A DNA stretch of 64,000 bases from Antedon mediterranea (Eukaryota > Animalia > Echinodermata): assembly GCF_964355755.1 (NCBI RefSeq), contig NC_092673.1, forward strand, positions 12,372,948 to 12,436,947, given 5' to 3'. Positions within the stretch are counted from its first letter, which is position 1, and the number at the start of each line of letters is the position of its first letter. A model generated the notes under the pieces. The model was not told the origin of the DNA. It saw only the letters and a list, made by a program, of their open reading frames with translations, and did not search any database. Shown in pieces: positions 25,552 to 38,999 of this stretch. Made by a program: the position numbers and the translations under genes.

Positions 25552-26737
25552 TTATTGTGCACTTTGATTTATATGACTACTAATGAAAGCAGTTTGCGAA
25601 CAGTTGGGAGTGCTGGAAGGAGAAGTGGGGATACAAAATTTTACCCATAACATAGGGCTATTAGAGCAACGCAAATATGCTATGGCTGGTAGTTTCGTTG
25701 CATGGAGTCTATTGCATGGAGGTTCGGGCTTACCAACTTTGCAACCAGAGCTTTTCAAGCTAATGTGTGGGTTAAAGTCAAATGGATTTTCGGACGTTAA
25801 TAGTGTGTGTGACATAGATGTCTGAGGCAAGATAGCAAAGGCAAGTGATTTTCATGAATTTGCATTTAATTTTTGTATATTTGTAAAGTATTTGATTACA
25901 GTATCTTTTTATCCAGATTGCAAATTGCCAAACGACGGATGAGTACCGTACTATTTCACATGAATTATCGGATTGGGCGGCAGATCAAGGAGTCATGACG
26001 TTGTATAACTAGGATTTCAATCAAAAACAACAAGTCGTGTCAAGTCTGTTAAAGCATTTTTTGTTTTACAGGTAACGTAACAGGCCTAATAATGATAATA
26101 TATTTTAAGCACGTGGTTATTCATTGTTAGACGCGGGTAAACTAGATATAGATATTACACTGGCAAATAGGCCTCCATGGGTTACGTCATGTAAACAATT
26201 ATTTACTAGCATTTTTTAATCCAAGAAATAGTACGGTATCATTATGCATATTTCCTTAAGGAAAATCACAAGGGGTTAAGTTCAGGACAGGAGAAACATT
26301 TTTGCATTAGGATTTAAAAGCATCGTGAAGGAAAATCCATCGAAATGAAATTCTCCTTTGGTTTTTATTTGTCGGTTGACGGCTGCTCTGGGTGATTCTT
26401 CTGTAAAAAGGCTTGGAATTATTGTACAGGTTGTATGAATGTGAACACATTTTATTTGTTAATTGTGATTATAATTTACATGGTGCATTCATTTTCTCCT
26501 AATCTAGAACACATAGTGAAATACGACAGTTCACTGAAGGATTGGGAGTACTTTGGGAAAACGTAAGAGATTACCCAAACCAATTTGTCCCACTTTTTAC
26601 TCTTGAGGGGAAAGGACTGACACGGCAAGTACTAAAGACACTAATGACAGTTGAATATTCAGAGGCAGGCTCCAATTTACAAAGTCAAGAGGAAGACACA
26701 GTGTATTGTCTGGAGGTTTTCTTACAAGAGTCAGAAG
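25552..26737 (+). pseudogene. G2E3-like HECT-domain E3 ligase fragment (spliced, with stops)
   Basis: YAMAGSFVAWSLLHGGSG, IRQFTEGL, VEYSEAGSN...EEDTVY..E.FL; exons about 25552-25840, 25918-26071 and 26509-26737; in-frame TGA at 25823. Confidence 0.7.
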
Positions 26738-27428
26738 GTATTGTATACAGTATTTATATCTTTATTTTAATGTAAACTAAAGTAAACTCTAGATGGGCCA
26801 GTAGCGTTACATGCAGTAACCCCACCCCACCTGACGGATTTTATACACGGCTGTCAAATCCTTCGGGCTGAGAATGAATATCCAAAGTAAAATTAGGTAC
26901 TCCCAAACAGGGCTCGAAACGAAACGATACAATACCGTATTTCCTTACAGTTATATTATAGAGCCCTTCGAGAGAGAAACAAGGTTGTGTGTATTCACGA
27001 ACAAACTTTACCTTGAAGAACTATACCGCTATACCCTATTTGAAATTCCTTGTACCAAAACGAAAGTATGCTATTATAAGAGCGATGAAAGGGTAAATGG
27101 TAGACGAAAAAAGTATACATTTTTTATTTCATAATGTTTAACATTTTTATTTTTATGCATTTTAGATAAGATTTTTAGTTTGAAACACCTAAACCATTGT
27201 CTTCCATTTGCAACTCAAAGCTTGTTTTACTTTCAGAAATTATATCATTGTGCTGGTATTTATGTGTACTTATAATATTAACTATTTAAACCTTGTATGT
27301 TAGAGGATGCATTTTTACACATGCTATTTTTCTATATTTTTCAATTTAAACTGTTTTTTAAGAATGATATATCAATGTATGTACAGTATGTAAAATTTTT
27401 AAAATAAATGTTTCATATGAATCTCTTA

Positions 27429-28278
27429 CCGTATATTTCGGTGTATAAGTCGCACTTTTGACACGCAAATTTGACCTCTAAATTAAGGGTGCGTCTTATA
27501 CACCGAACATAAATGCCTCACCACACAGATTATACATAGGCCTAGGCCTAGGCTATCGTCACCTCGTTTTTTGCTAGGCCTGAGTAGGCTAGGCCTAGCT
27601 ACAGTAACTAACTAACGTAACGGCAACCTGCTTCTGCCTAGTTTTCAAGTCATTTTAGCATGATGTTATACTAAATATGATGAAAAGATTTGTTCATTAT
27701 GGCGCTCCGATAAAATTTCATTTGTAAACGTTTACGTCGTACGATTGGAATAGTATTTATTTATACAGTAGTATACGCACGATCGCCGTACCCCAAGCGC
27801 AAGCCCTTCTTTTGGTGGCACATGGTGTACGGTATTCGACTAGCATATTCTCCAGGTGATTATAGCATGGACCTAGCGTACACACTTCTCGGATACATAG
27901 ATACTAATCGAATACGATTGTCCGTGAAAACGTGCGCCCTCTCGAAATGATCGAGCGAGGCTAGCCCACACACGTGCGTGTTACACACACGGTCATGCAC
28001 TCGATGTTGCGGCGAAACTCATGAATAACAAGTTAGAAAGAACTTGTTGAGGCTGGGCGCGGCCGAGCCTAGGTAAGAAAAAACCTAAATAAAGGACGCC
28101 GTTGTAGATATAACAAAATATATTATTACAATAATATTGATTACAATTTAAAAAAACATTTTTTTGATGAAATATAAGGTGCGTCTTATACATCGACGAT
28201 TTAAAAAATACCGATATTTTACTCTCAGTTGGGGGTGCGTCTTATACACAGGTGCGACTTATACACCGAAATATACGG
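27429..28278. mobile_element. Tc1/mariner (pogo/Tc2-like) MITE
   Basis: 27-bp perfect TIR CCGTATATTTCGGTGTATAAGTCGCAC; TA TSD; internal GGTGCGTCTTATAC repeats. Confidence 0.9.
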
Positions 28279-28929
28279 TAAGCAACAGAATGGTAATATC
28301 GACTCAACGCATGCTGTTGGGACACAACTACCGCTGATTTCGCATCGCAAAATACATCATTTTTTGTTCCCACCTTAATATCTCGGCTATTATAGCTTGG
28401 ATTTCTTTTAGTAGCTCAAAATAAACTGTAGACAATACTAAACATTATGATGTATGTTTTAAATAAAAAAGTTGTGTTATAAGCTTTCACTTGGTATAGA
28501 CCGTCAAGTTTGAGATAAATTTCTTGGTCGATTTATCGTTATAAAATTGATAATGATACTTACAATTATTGGGTTTTATTTAGTTACATATACCTTGTTT
28601 AGTATACACAATTTGCAATTTAGGATATGTATGTTTGTCAAGGAAAGAAAGGCATAGAGTAGGAATGTACTATTTATTGCTCGGTTGTAGTAGTGAACAG
28701 GTTGTATTATTATCTAACCAAATAATTACGGCGTTAGGTACACTTTTGTGCTTGGAAAGGCCTATTCATAAAGTATTGTAAAAGTATTAAAGATACTAAT
28801 TAAGTCGAATAATTTCCAGCAATGTATCTGAGACCAAAAGCAAAACGAGATTACAAGACGTTAATAAATAGTGGTGAAGTTGAATAAGAAGAGGGTTTAA
28901 TCTGCATCGTGGTCAACAACGGTCTTTTA

Positions 28930-29545
28930 CAGGTAAAGTTCATTACGTTGGGTGGAGCAACATTTATGATGAATGGCGTCCTAAATCTTAAGTAGTAGAC
29001 AAGCCTTACCAATCTGACGCATATGCACTACTGAAGTTAGAGCTTCTTACAAAAGTAAAAGAGAATTTATCAGCCTCAAGGATGAACGACCCTGAGGTAA
29101 CAATACATATACCTATTCAACAGGAAATGTTCTATAGATTCTTCCGAGAAACTGATGCTACAGAAAACGGTAACAAGTATCGCTTACATTTAAAGGGGGT
29201 TTCGAATGTTTTGGGTGAAGATTCAAAACTATGGTTAGAGGACTGGCGAAGAGCCTACCAACTCTAAAGACATAACTGTATATATGCACGTAATGTGGTG
29301 ATACTATCAGAAGACATGGGTCATTATCAAAAGTTTCCCAACAGGGTTATGAAAAGTTAAATGATACTTTAACTAAAACTTACTTTAAAGGCACTAACCA
29401 TAGGTTGTTAGAGGCGATGACGCAACTGTTTAAAAAAAATAATCAAATCGAGTGCCTCACAAAAGATTGCCAAAGGGACCCAATCCTTGTTCACCATTGC
29501 GGTAAATGTGGCAAAGCAGGCCATAATGTACGTTCATGTAAGCAT
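28930..29545 (+). pseudogene. Chromo-barrel/Tudor-knot plus zinc-knuckle coding remnant
   Basis: KVHYVGWSNIYDEWRP at about 28935-28982; CGKCGKAGHNVRSC at about 29498-29540; stops present. Confidence 0.55.
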
Positions 29546-29769
29546 GAATTCATCTTTTTTAACATTATAAATTAGTATAATAAAATATTATGATTGTAGT
29601 TATATAGTAAAATAAATAATTAATCCAGTTTATATAAATAAAATGCAGTAATCATTTTATGAATTATGAGTATTAATATTATAATGACTATTAATATTAT
29701 ACAGTACCGTAATAGTAGAAAAATATGTGGGACTATCTAAAAATAAATAAATAAAATTTGATGTAACTT

Positions 29770-30219
29770 CAGTAGGTTCAGCCGTACCATCTTTAGTGGA
29801 TAAATTTGATTCCTTCTGTAAAACTAAAGCTGATAAGGATGCCACATTTCATTTTTGGACGAGATATGTTGGCTTATGTGGGCATGTATTTATCTATTAG
29901 AAGTAGGAACTTGTTTGTTTGTTTTATTGGTTTTTCCACACATTAAATTCAATCTTGCACGAATATATTTATATTTATACTTGCGTTTGGTTCTGCTTCA
30001 ATTTGCAGAATTAAAATGTTTCCCACTTGAAATTCTAGATTATTTTCACATGGATGGATTTTCAGTTAGTATTTCTGGTACTGGTTTTGCTAGTGTGGCT
30101 TTTGATGGAGCTCATGAGAAGGTCATAAATAAGAAAATTAAGATGGCTGTGACAAAAAATAGTATGGGAGAGCTTACCACTCCAGTTCATTCATTATCTT
30201 TCCGTGCCGACACATTCTA
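29770..30219 (+). pseudogene. Academ transposase fragment
   Basis: DATFHFWTRY and GFSVSISGTGFASVAFDGAHEKVINK resemble the Academ F.V...S.VA.D.AHE..IN block (recall); cut off at the CACTG end at 30220. Confidence 0.6.
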
Positions 30220-31460
30220 CACTGTAAAAACAGTGTTTAGCTGTTAAACATAAAATACACGTATCAACCCTAAACATGTTTAGCATTGTGTTTAATTTTA
30301 AAACACATAAACACATTTCTAAACATTTCATGTGTTTAGATTCTAAACACAGCCGTTTATACAACAATATTTCAATGTGTTTAGCTTTTTTAGAATAGGG
30401 TATTGCAACGTTAACATTTTTTCTAAACACATTTCTAAGCACGTCCTAAACACCAGTGTTTAAGTTGTATACGCCTCTTGTGTTTAATATTTGTTCGTGC
30501 TTAGTATATATTATGTTTAGTAAAATTAACGTTTGAATCTTAAACATAATCGTGTTTAATAAAACAAACTATGTTTAAAGACCCCTTCCCTGCAATTTTG
30601 GACGTTTTTTGGAAAATAATACATATATATCACTTTAAAAACATTAAACCATGTCATTCCTTGTCTTAAATGTACGTTTTATGGTAAATTATGATAAAAA
30701 GTGAGAAACAATGCACTACCTAAGTAGCTCGCGGCGATCGACCTCTCGTGGACGGTCTCAGGCCTAGCCTAGCTAGGCTTAGTTTTGTAGGCCTAGCTGG
30801 TAAACATCGGTAACGTACGAACATCGTACGCTAGCTATATACCTAGCCTGACGTTGTATAGTTGCTGCATTAATTGTCTTTCTATTTTTGCCAGACTCCG
30901 TTGATACAAATTGGGGAAAACCCGGTATTTTCGCTGAAAAGTTAGGAGTCTTCCATTTGTTTTGGCTTCACGATCGATCGAAAAGTGGGCGAATTACAGG
31001 TGAAAAACAACAATATCAATCCGCGCGCAATGCATTTTGGGATTTATAGCGGGCCGCTATAATTATTAAAATCGATTTATTTTTCACATTTTTAACCGTT
31101 TAAAGACGAAAAAAGTTATCGCAATAGGACCATATAGTATTATTTTTACATTAAATATAGTTTGTGATCTTAAATTAGATCTAAAAAACGTAGGGAATGG
31201 GGCTTTAATATTTGTTTGTGCTTATTAAAATTGGTGTTTAGAAAGTGTTTCTTTAAATTATGTTTAGAGAATTTACGTTTCAAATCTAAACACCACTGTG
31301 TTTAATAACACACTTATTGTGTTTAATTTTGTTTGTGCTTACTAAAGTTGGTGTTTAGAAGTGAGAGCGTTTGTTTAAATTATTCTTAGAGAATTTACGT
31401 TTAAAATCTGAACACCACTGTGTTTCATAACATTACTTATTGTGTTTAATATTTTTATTA
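30220..31460. mobile_element. Left end of a CACTA/EnSpm-type element
   Basis: CACTGTAAAAA terminus followed by many TAAACAC/GTGTTTA subterminal repeats, interrupted by a Kolobok MITE. Right end not found. Confidence 0.7.
30579..31204. mobile_element. Kolobok MITE (626 bp)
   Basis: TTAA TSDs; imperfect TIR AGACCCCTTCCCT vs AGCCCCATTCCCT; near-identical inverted copy at 41696-42321. Confidence 0.9.
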
Positions 31461-32078
31461 TGCTGGCATGCATTTGGAAATGTGTATTGGATTGAATAGA
31501 TCCATTTAGTTTGGTAAATTGTTTGTTGGATTGATAAGTTCTGCTATTTCGATTTACGGTACCAACATGTTGTTTTGGAAAGTTAATAGATCCATTTAGA
31601 TACGTTTTATTATATTATAATTTGATTAATAGAGTAAATTGATGCATCGGTTTCGACCAAAATACACCACATTTCCCATCCTTTTACCACACGCCGTGCA
31701 TCACCTCCCCCCCCCCCCCCCCCCACACACACACAAACATGACGCATGACCAATTTACAATTAAAAATATAAATTATTTACATAAACACATATTTCATAA
31801 CTAATATAAACACTTTATGGCATTAAGATTATAATTTACGCTATAAATGTTTATAAAATAATAAAATACTGTATCTATATATACATAAAATAGCAACACC
31901 CCAAGGAACGACTGATTATGATTGATGAGGAGAAAAACCCGCGAATCTAGTGCGCGCCTTTTTAGCAGAAGCCGTTGAGATGGGAGTGGTGTCGGGAAGG
32001 TGAAACAAAAATCTTTCTAATTCTTAGCTTTACGTTGATTGAAGTAATCATATATTGCAGGTAAGTTATTTCACATTG

Positions 32079-33486
32079 CAGGGGTCCCAAGTCTACCGCT
32101 ACTCGCGGTAGTCTACCGCTTTTAGTACCCATCTACCGCGCTACCGCAATCTCGACGTTTTCTACCGCATTTTGATTTTTTTACCGCATTTTCAAATTTC
32201 CCCATATTTTTGGCAAAATTGATTTACGGTTACACCCAGGCTCAGCCCAGGTCAACAATAGTCAATAACCAGACAAAAGTGAGGCAGGATGTTGAAACAA
32301 TGTCTATTCATGCAGACTCCGTGGTCTATTATTGTATTTTTATTTGTATGCACTGCCTTTGTTAAACCGTAACAATAATATAAACATGCACGGTACTGCA
32401 CGCCGGACGTAGAAAAGAAAAAGCGTGCAACCAACCGTGAATCAATCACGTGGTAACCGGAATACGCGATTATTAATTTTGGGAGGATCCAAGTTTTAAC
32501 TAAATAAACGCTTTTATTACACAGTGGTTGAGGCACGTTTTTAATAGTTATTACATTTTTAAACACCCTCATAATTAATGAACTCTACCAATGTTGATCC
32601 GCTGCAAAGAACAACAGATCGCACATCGCACGAGGTTGTTGAGGCGGTGTTTTATTTGGTTTTACTGTACGATCCGATAATACGAACATGTTAAATGATT
32701 TAAAAGGCATGGATTCGCCAAGCAAGTAGGCCTACGTTTAATAAAAATTTACCTAAGATTTTCGTAAGCTCTTTTGTTCAAACTTGTTATTTATATAGCA
32801 ATAATCCACCCGTTCCGGCATGCACGCTAGGCCTCTAGCCTAGGCCTACTCTTCGATCGATCGATGTCGCTGGTGGGGAATTTCCCAGCGATAAGAAATC
32901 GCTCATAAACGGCCTACATTTTAATGTTATATCTTTAATGCCAGTGTAATTACGTATGGATAAAACAATATAAAAGTCAATGTTTTTCATCTGAAATAAA
33001 TGTTAACTCGCGTAATGTAGCATAAGACGGATTCGGAATAGTTATTTTGATTGTTTTTGGGTTTTAAAATGGTAGCTAGCTAGAGCCTAGAGATAGAAGT
33101 AGAAGCCCTAGGCTAGGCCCAGGCCTCCCTGTGCCTAAAAAAAATGAGTAAATTCTATTGGGCAATACTATCATGTGTAAATATTGTACATTATGTAATT
33201 AAGTTAAATTATTTTATATACTGAATTTTAGTTAAAATACAGTATATATTTTTTAAATTCTTTTTTGTACTTAGGATGTGTCCATAAAAAAAATAAGAAT
33301 GTAAAAATACTGATGGATAAACCTATATGTAAAAATGTATGTGTAAATATTGTATATACTGTATATGTAACATATTTAGTTAATGATTTTCGATTCCCCG
33401 CGCGTTGACTTTCGACGCCCCGACGAATTGAATGTGGTTCACGACAAAATCTCCTGCGAATGGACTTTCCCAAGTTGGGACCTCTG
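32079..33486. mobile_element. Non-autonomous hAT-like DNA element with a 6-bp TSD
   Basis: TIR CAGGGGTCCCAA / TTGGGACCTCTG; ACATTG at 32073-32078 and 33487-33492; CTACCGC subterminal repeats. Confidence 0.75.
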
Positions 33487-33507
33487 ACATTGTTTGTATT
33501 GGTAATA

Positions 33508-34037
33508 CAGTAGAACCTCCATTTTACGTACGGTACGGGACCGAAAGGCGTACGTAAAACAAAGGATTCGTAAAATCAAGGTTGACCTTAAATTGACCCC
33601 AAATACGTAGAGATCGTAGCTATAAAGGCTACCCTGTTTGTCTACTTTATTGAACAGCATGCAGGTTGTCACTAGCTAGGCCTTGCCTAGACTATTCAGG
33701 CCAGGCTAGCAGGCCTACTAGCAAGATGTGAGGCCTAACTAGAAAAGTACAGTACTGTACAGTATATACAGGCTGTGAGATGTTTAAATAAAGTGTAAAA
33801 TATCAATGTTCTTGTATTTTCTATCAATAGAAACAGTCGCTGCTTAAAATGCACGTGCGTAGCTTGACTCAAACACACAGCAGAATTCCACACACAGCCA
33901 TGATTGTGGCTTTGTGTGCTTTGTTGTTGTTAAATTGCGCCCTCAATGTAAGAAAATGATGACGTCATCGGTTATTTTAAGCGTACGTAAAATCAAGGGA
34001 ACGTAAAATCAGGGTACGTAAAACACAGGTTCTACTG
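33508..34037. mobile_element. Tigger/pogo-like MITE
   Basis: TIR CAGTAGAACCT...TTTTACGTAC at both ends; TA TSD; repeated ACGTAAAA. Confidence 0.9.
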
Positions 34038-35276
34038 TATGTATATAGTGATTATATTAAATTTGCCTTTTAGAATAATAGAGTTGCTTGCCGATGTCTT
34101 GTATAGTATAGCCGGCCTAGTTTTGGCCAACGGTTGACAACAGCAGCAACGAGAGTATAGGTGAAAAGCAAAGAAATCGGCAAACCTAGAAATCGCCCAT
34201 TCCACTATCGATAATAACAATCTTTTTTACTTTTAATACAGTTAATAATAGTCGAGAGGAAAAATTGAAAACAGCACTGTGGTCATGTTACTTTAGTTGT
34301 CAAAACAATATATCCTAACCCTGTAGATTATTTGATAAAAATCCTAGAAAGTACTAAGTAGGAAACGGGGTAGAAAACCTTTCCATTTCTTCCCTGAGTG
34401 AATATTAGGAACTGGACTCAAAAAGTATTTACTTATTTTTCTAGACTAGGCCATAGCTCCTTCATAGGCTATGATCATGTTAATGTCATTTACTATTAGT
34501 ATAAGACCCCATTTACACTTCATCGACGATTTCTTAGCCGGCCCGACGCCGGCTTTCTTTTTAGCCTGCAATGTGTTTACACTTACCCAAAAAGCCGGCC
34601 TCGGGCCCCTACTATTGTGTTTACACTTGCTCTCGCGGAAGAGTGCTCGATGATACGATTTCGCTACATTCACGTCATATCCGCTCATGTGCGTCTTAAA
34701 AAGTTAAAAAGTTGTCGATCTACACTAGGCCTAGGCCTATCAACTTTATCAAAAAAGAATCAAATAACGGTATTTAATATGGATCAAAACAATTGTATTG
34801 TAGCAGACCTACCACATAGCTTTTAAACAATTCAACATTTACTTTTAATTTGATTATTTATACATCCTCTATATATCTCTTTATTTAACCTCACATTGAC
34901 AGGTTACCTTCCTGTTACCTTCACTTTTCTAGCTAATGGATTTTAAGAATGTTAATGACTCTAACAGAAAACCACATTAATTCTCTTAATCCTAATTGGT
35001 CAGATGAGATGGGCCAAGCCCAATATTACCATGCACTGACCACATTATTAACACACTCTTTTCTCAACTAGTCATGTAGCTACACCGTTTTACTGCTCTG
35101 TCTTATCAAACATTGTATATTGTATATTTTATCTGTTTATTGAGAATCCTCACTTGATTCACTTGGAATAAATGGCATACTTACTTTATACATTTAGTAG
35201 TTGTTTTGTTTTACCGTTGCGCCGACAATTACTAAAGTGGTGACCCTCGACTTTCTTATACCGAATTTAACTTAAA

Positions 35277-35684
35277 ATGGAAGGACAACAGCAACAACGA
35301 CAGCTACCGCAACCTCCAGCACAACCCCAGCACCAGGAACAACCTGTGGTGCCCGCTCCTGACGCAGCAACCGTCAACAGGCCAATTTCTTCTGTAGCGT
35401 TGAAACTGCCTCCATACTGGCCCAATGATCCAATATTGTGGTTCACCCAAGTGGAAGCACAGTTCAGAACGCGTGGGATCACAGTAGATGCTACAAAATA
35501 TGCTTACTTAGTAGGATCATTGCAACCTGAAATTGCGCAGGGAGTTCGGGATCTATTTCTCATCCCGCCTACTGATAACAGGTATGTGAACTTCAAAGAT
35601 ACTTTAATACGTCGGACAACTGCTTCTGACCAACAGGGCCTCCGCCAACTCTTCTCACCCATCCGCAGCCAGATGCACCTTTAA
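35277..35684 (+). pseudogene. Gag N-terminus, truncated
   Basis: LKLPPYWPNDPILWFTQVEAQF; joins out of frame to RT-RNaseH linker sequence (THPQPDAPLSIMVDASD) at about 35650. Confidence 0.85.
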
Positions 35685-35779
35685 GTATCATGGTTGACGC
35701 TTCGGATGTGGCCATAGGCGGTATACTACAACAATGCATTGACAACAATTGGCAACCTATTTAATTTTTCTCACAGAAA

Positions 35780-37399
35780 TTGAAACCAGCGCAGACGCGA
35801 TACAGCACATTTCGTCGTGAACTTTTGGCGGCATACCTTTCAGTTAAACATTTTCGTCATTCACTTGAAGGACGCTCATTTCACATTTTGACTGACCATA
35901 AGCCACTTGTGTATGCTTTACTCGCCAAACCAAATCGCCACTCGCCACGCGAAATCCGTCATCTAGATTTCATATCTCAATTCACAACGGATATACACCA
36001 TGTGAGTGGAAAAGCTAATGCAGCAGCTGATGCATTGTCGCGAATCGAACTGAATACCTTCAGTCACAACACAACTAACATTGTTGATTTTAGTCTTATT
36101 GCTGCTGCACAAAAGAATGACGATGAATTGCACAAGCTACTTGAATCACCGTTTTCACTACAATTTCAAAACTTTCCAATTCCAACTTCTGACTCTACAA
36201 TTCTTTGTGATATTTCCAAAGGCAATCCACGTCCATATATCCCACAAGAATTCAGACGCATAATATTTGACACTCTACATTCGCTATCACATCCTGGTAT
36301 ACGAGCAACACAACGTTTAATTACTGACCGTTTCGTATGGCCAGCAATCAATCGTGATGTACGACGATGGTCTCAAACATGCATTCAATGTCAACGTTCC
36401 AAAGTACACCGGCACACCGTTTCGCCACTCTCTACTTTTTCTACACCTGACGCCCGTTTTGACCATGTACATATAGATATTGTTGGACCTCTCCCTCCGT
36501 CAAATGGTTTTTCTTATTTACTCACTTTTATCGATCGTTTTACTCGATGGCCCGAAGCCGTACCTATTCCGGATATCACAGCCGATACTGTCGCACACGC
36601 ATTTGTCAATCGATGGATCGCTTCATTCGGAATACCTTCAACCATTACAACAGATCGAGGAAGACAATTTGAATCTGCATTATTTCATTCACTCGCCAAC
36701 TTACTAGGAACTAAGCACATTCATACAACTGCCTACCATCCTATTGCGAACGGACTTGTAGAACGTTTTCATCGACATTTGAAGGGTTCTCTCAAAGCAC
36801 ATAATGATCACACTAAATGGACAGAACATTTACCTATAGTACTTTTAGGCATTCGTACAGCCCTTAAGGCTGATCTAGGTCATAGTGCAGCTGAACTTGT
36901 TTATGGCACTACTTTAAGATTACCTGGACAATTCTTTAATTCAAACGCTGAACATTGTGATTATTCTAATTATATTGATAGATTGCGTGATAATATGAGT
37001 AAACTACGTCCCACACCTACCCGCACCAACTCTAACCGTAAATCCTATATCAATCAAGAAATATTTAATTGTACCCATGTTTTTGTGCGAAGGGACTCTG
37101 TTCGAAAACCCTTACAACGTCCATATGATGGTCCATTTAAGGTATTAAGTCGAACAGACAAACACTTTGTTCTCGATCTAAATGGTCGACAGGACACAGT
37201 CAGTATTGATCGCTTAAAGGTAGCTCATTTGGATACTGATATATTTAAAAGCCAAGAGCAAACCCTCACTCCCAAGCTACAAGCATCACCCCTAGTCAAA
37301 CCAACCAACCCGTCACCCATTTTGGCAACCCCTCCCCGTACTACTCGTTCTGGTAGACATGTTCATTTCCCTCAACGTTTTGTCTCGTTCTATCATTAA
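35780..37399 (+). CDS. Pol fragment: RNase H plus integrase (open)
   Basis: [20 protein letters not shown]; HHCC (HSLSHPG...CIQCQ); [25 protein letters not shown]; GPF. Confidence 0.9.
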   Translation: MKPAQTRYSTFRRELLAAYLSVKHFRHSLEGRSFHILTDHKPLVYALLAKPNRHSPREIRHLDFISQFTTDIHHVSGKANAAADALSRIELNTFSHNTTNIVDFSLIAAAQKNDDELHKLLESPFSLQFQNFPIPTSDSTILCDISKGNPRPYIPQEFRRIIFDTLHSLSHPGIRATQRLITDRFVWPAINRDVRRWSQTCIQCQRSKVHRHTVSPLSTFSTPDARFDHVHIDIVGPLPPSNGFSYLLTFIDRFTRWPEAVPIPDITADTVAHAFVNRWIASFGIPSTITTDRGRQFESALFHSLANLLGTKHIHTTAYHPIANGLVERFHRHLKGSLKAHNDHTKWTEHLPIVLLGIRTALKADLGHSAAELVYGTTLRLPGQFFNSNAEHCDYSNYIDRLRDNMSKLRPTPTRTNSNRKSYINQEIFNCTHVFVRRDSVRKPLQRPYDGPFKVLSRTDKHFVLDLNGRQDTVSIDRLKVAHLDTDIFKSQEQTLTPKLQASPLVKPTNPSPILATPPRTTRSGRHVHFPQRFVSFYH

Positions 37400-38153
37400 T
37401 TCTTTCACTGGAAGGGGGCTCCTGTAGCAGACCTACCACATAGCTTTTAAACAATTCAACATTTACTTTTAATTTGATTATTTATACATCCTCTATATAT
37501 CTCTTTATTTAACCTCACATTGACAGGTTACCTTCCTGTTACCTTCACTTTTCTAGCTAATGGATTTTAAGAATGTTAATGACTCTAACAGAAAACCACA
37601 TTAATTCTCTTAATCCTAATTGGTCAGATGAGATGGGCCAAGCCCAATATTACCATGCACTGACCACATTATTAACACACTCTTTTCTCAACTAGTCATG
37701 TAGCTACACCGTTTTACTGCTCTGTCTTATCAAACATTGTATATTGTATATTTTATCTGTTTATTGAGAATCCTCACTTGATTCACTTGGAATAAATTGC
37801 ATAGTTTACTGTATACATTTAGTAGTTGTTTTGTTTTACCGTTGCGCCGACAATTACTAAAGTATTATTGCTTTACTACTAATGTTTGCGTCTTGTTTTC
37901 TAAAGAATAGTAGTAGATAATACGCCTTTTTTACGAAACGGAAGACATCTTCGATCGATGATGAATGAAGTGTAGTCGTCGTTAAGAGCAGACGTGTCCT
38001 AAATCGCTCTCTCTAGCCTCACTACATTCAGCCTCACTACGCGGTGACAGTTCAAATTTCCCGCTGGACAGTTGTTGTGTTAGGGCACTCTTGTAGCCTA
38101 GCATTTACTTGTCGGTTTTTGTCTGCTGTACATGTACGTATTAATACACCATC

Positions 38154-38947
38154 ATGGCCGTAAAGAATACAAGGAAAGGTGGTAAAAAGGACAGCGGTAA
38201 GGAGTGTTGCGAACTGAACACTGATACAGCACCTGTCATTGATGTGGAACCGCTTACTATTACTGTACAAAATGAAATTTCCAATATAATTAAAGGAAAT
38301 ACGAGTATTTTCAATGACCTAGCCGAGAAAATTGCGAGCATTGTTAAACACCAGCTGATTGAAAGCATTACACAAATTGTAACGGATGCAGCAATTGAAG
38401 CAATACGTTTCGAACTTGACGATACTAAAAATCGTCTCAGCAAAGTAGAACAACAGGTAGAGAACTTACAATATGAGCTAGATGAAGCAGAACAATATTC
38501 AAGAAGGAACTGTTTGATTATTCAAGGAATAGAAGAGAAACAAGGTGAGATAACAGACAATATAGTTTTGGATTTGTTTAAGAAAAAGCTAAGCGTAGAA
38601 GTAGATAAAACATGCATAGACAGGAGTCATAGATTGGTGCCAAAAGTTAAGAAAAACGGAAGAGCAAGAGGAATAATAGTAAAGTTTAGTTCGTATAATG
38701 TTAGAAATGAAGTATATAGAGCAAAGAAAAAAAGAAAAAATTAAAGGGGAGCCATATCTACATTCATGAAAACCTTACGAGCAAAAGATCAAGTTTACTA
38801 CGTACTGTAAAGCAAAACTATGCATCAGTGGTATCTGCAGTTTGGACACAAGATGGTCGCATACATACCATAATCACTGGCAGTAACGAGAAAGTTGTTT
38901 TATCCAGAACTTCCGATCTTAAACAATTACCTAAATGTAAAAGGTAA
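38154..38947 (+). pseudogene. LINE ORF1 (coiled coil plus RRM-like)
   Basis: EQYSRRNCLIIQGI, IDRSHRL, IIVKF; frameshift in the A-run at about 38730, continuing IYIHENLT...WTQDG. Confidence 0.85.
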
Positions 38948-38999
38948 TGTGTAAGAATTTTAAATGTCCTAAATCTGTATTGTATTTTATGTAGATAAG

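Larger units (their letters stand above)
34799..37861 (+). mobile_element. Gypsy LTR retrotransposon (CsRn1/Kabuki-like), internally deleted
   Basis: LTRs 34799-35236 and 37423-37861; GTAT TSD; PBS TGGTGACCC(T)CGAC (tRNA-Trp type) at 35238; PPT GGAAGGGGG before the 3' LTR. Confidence 0.95.
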
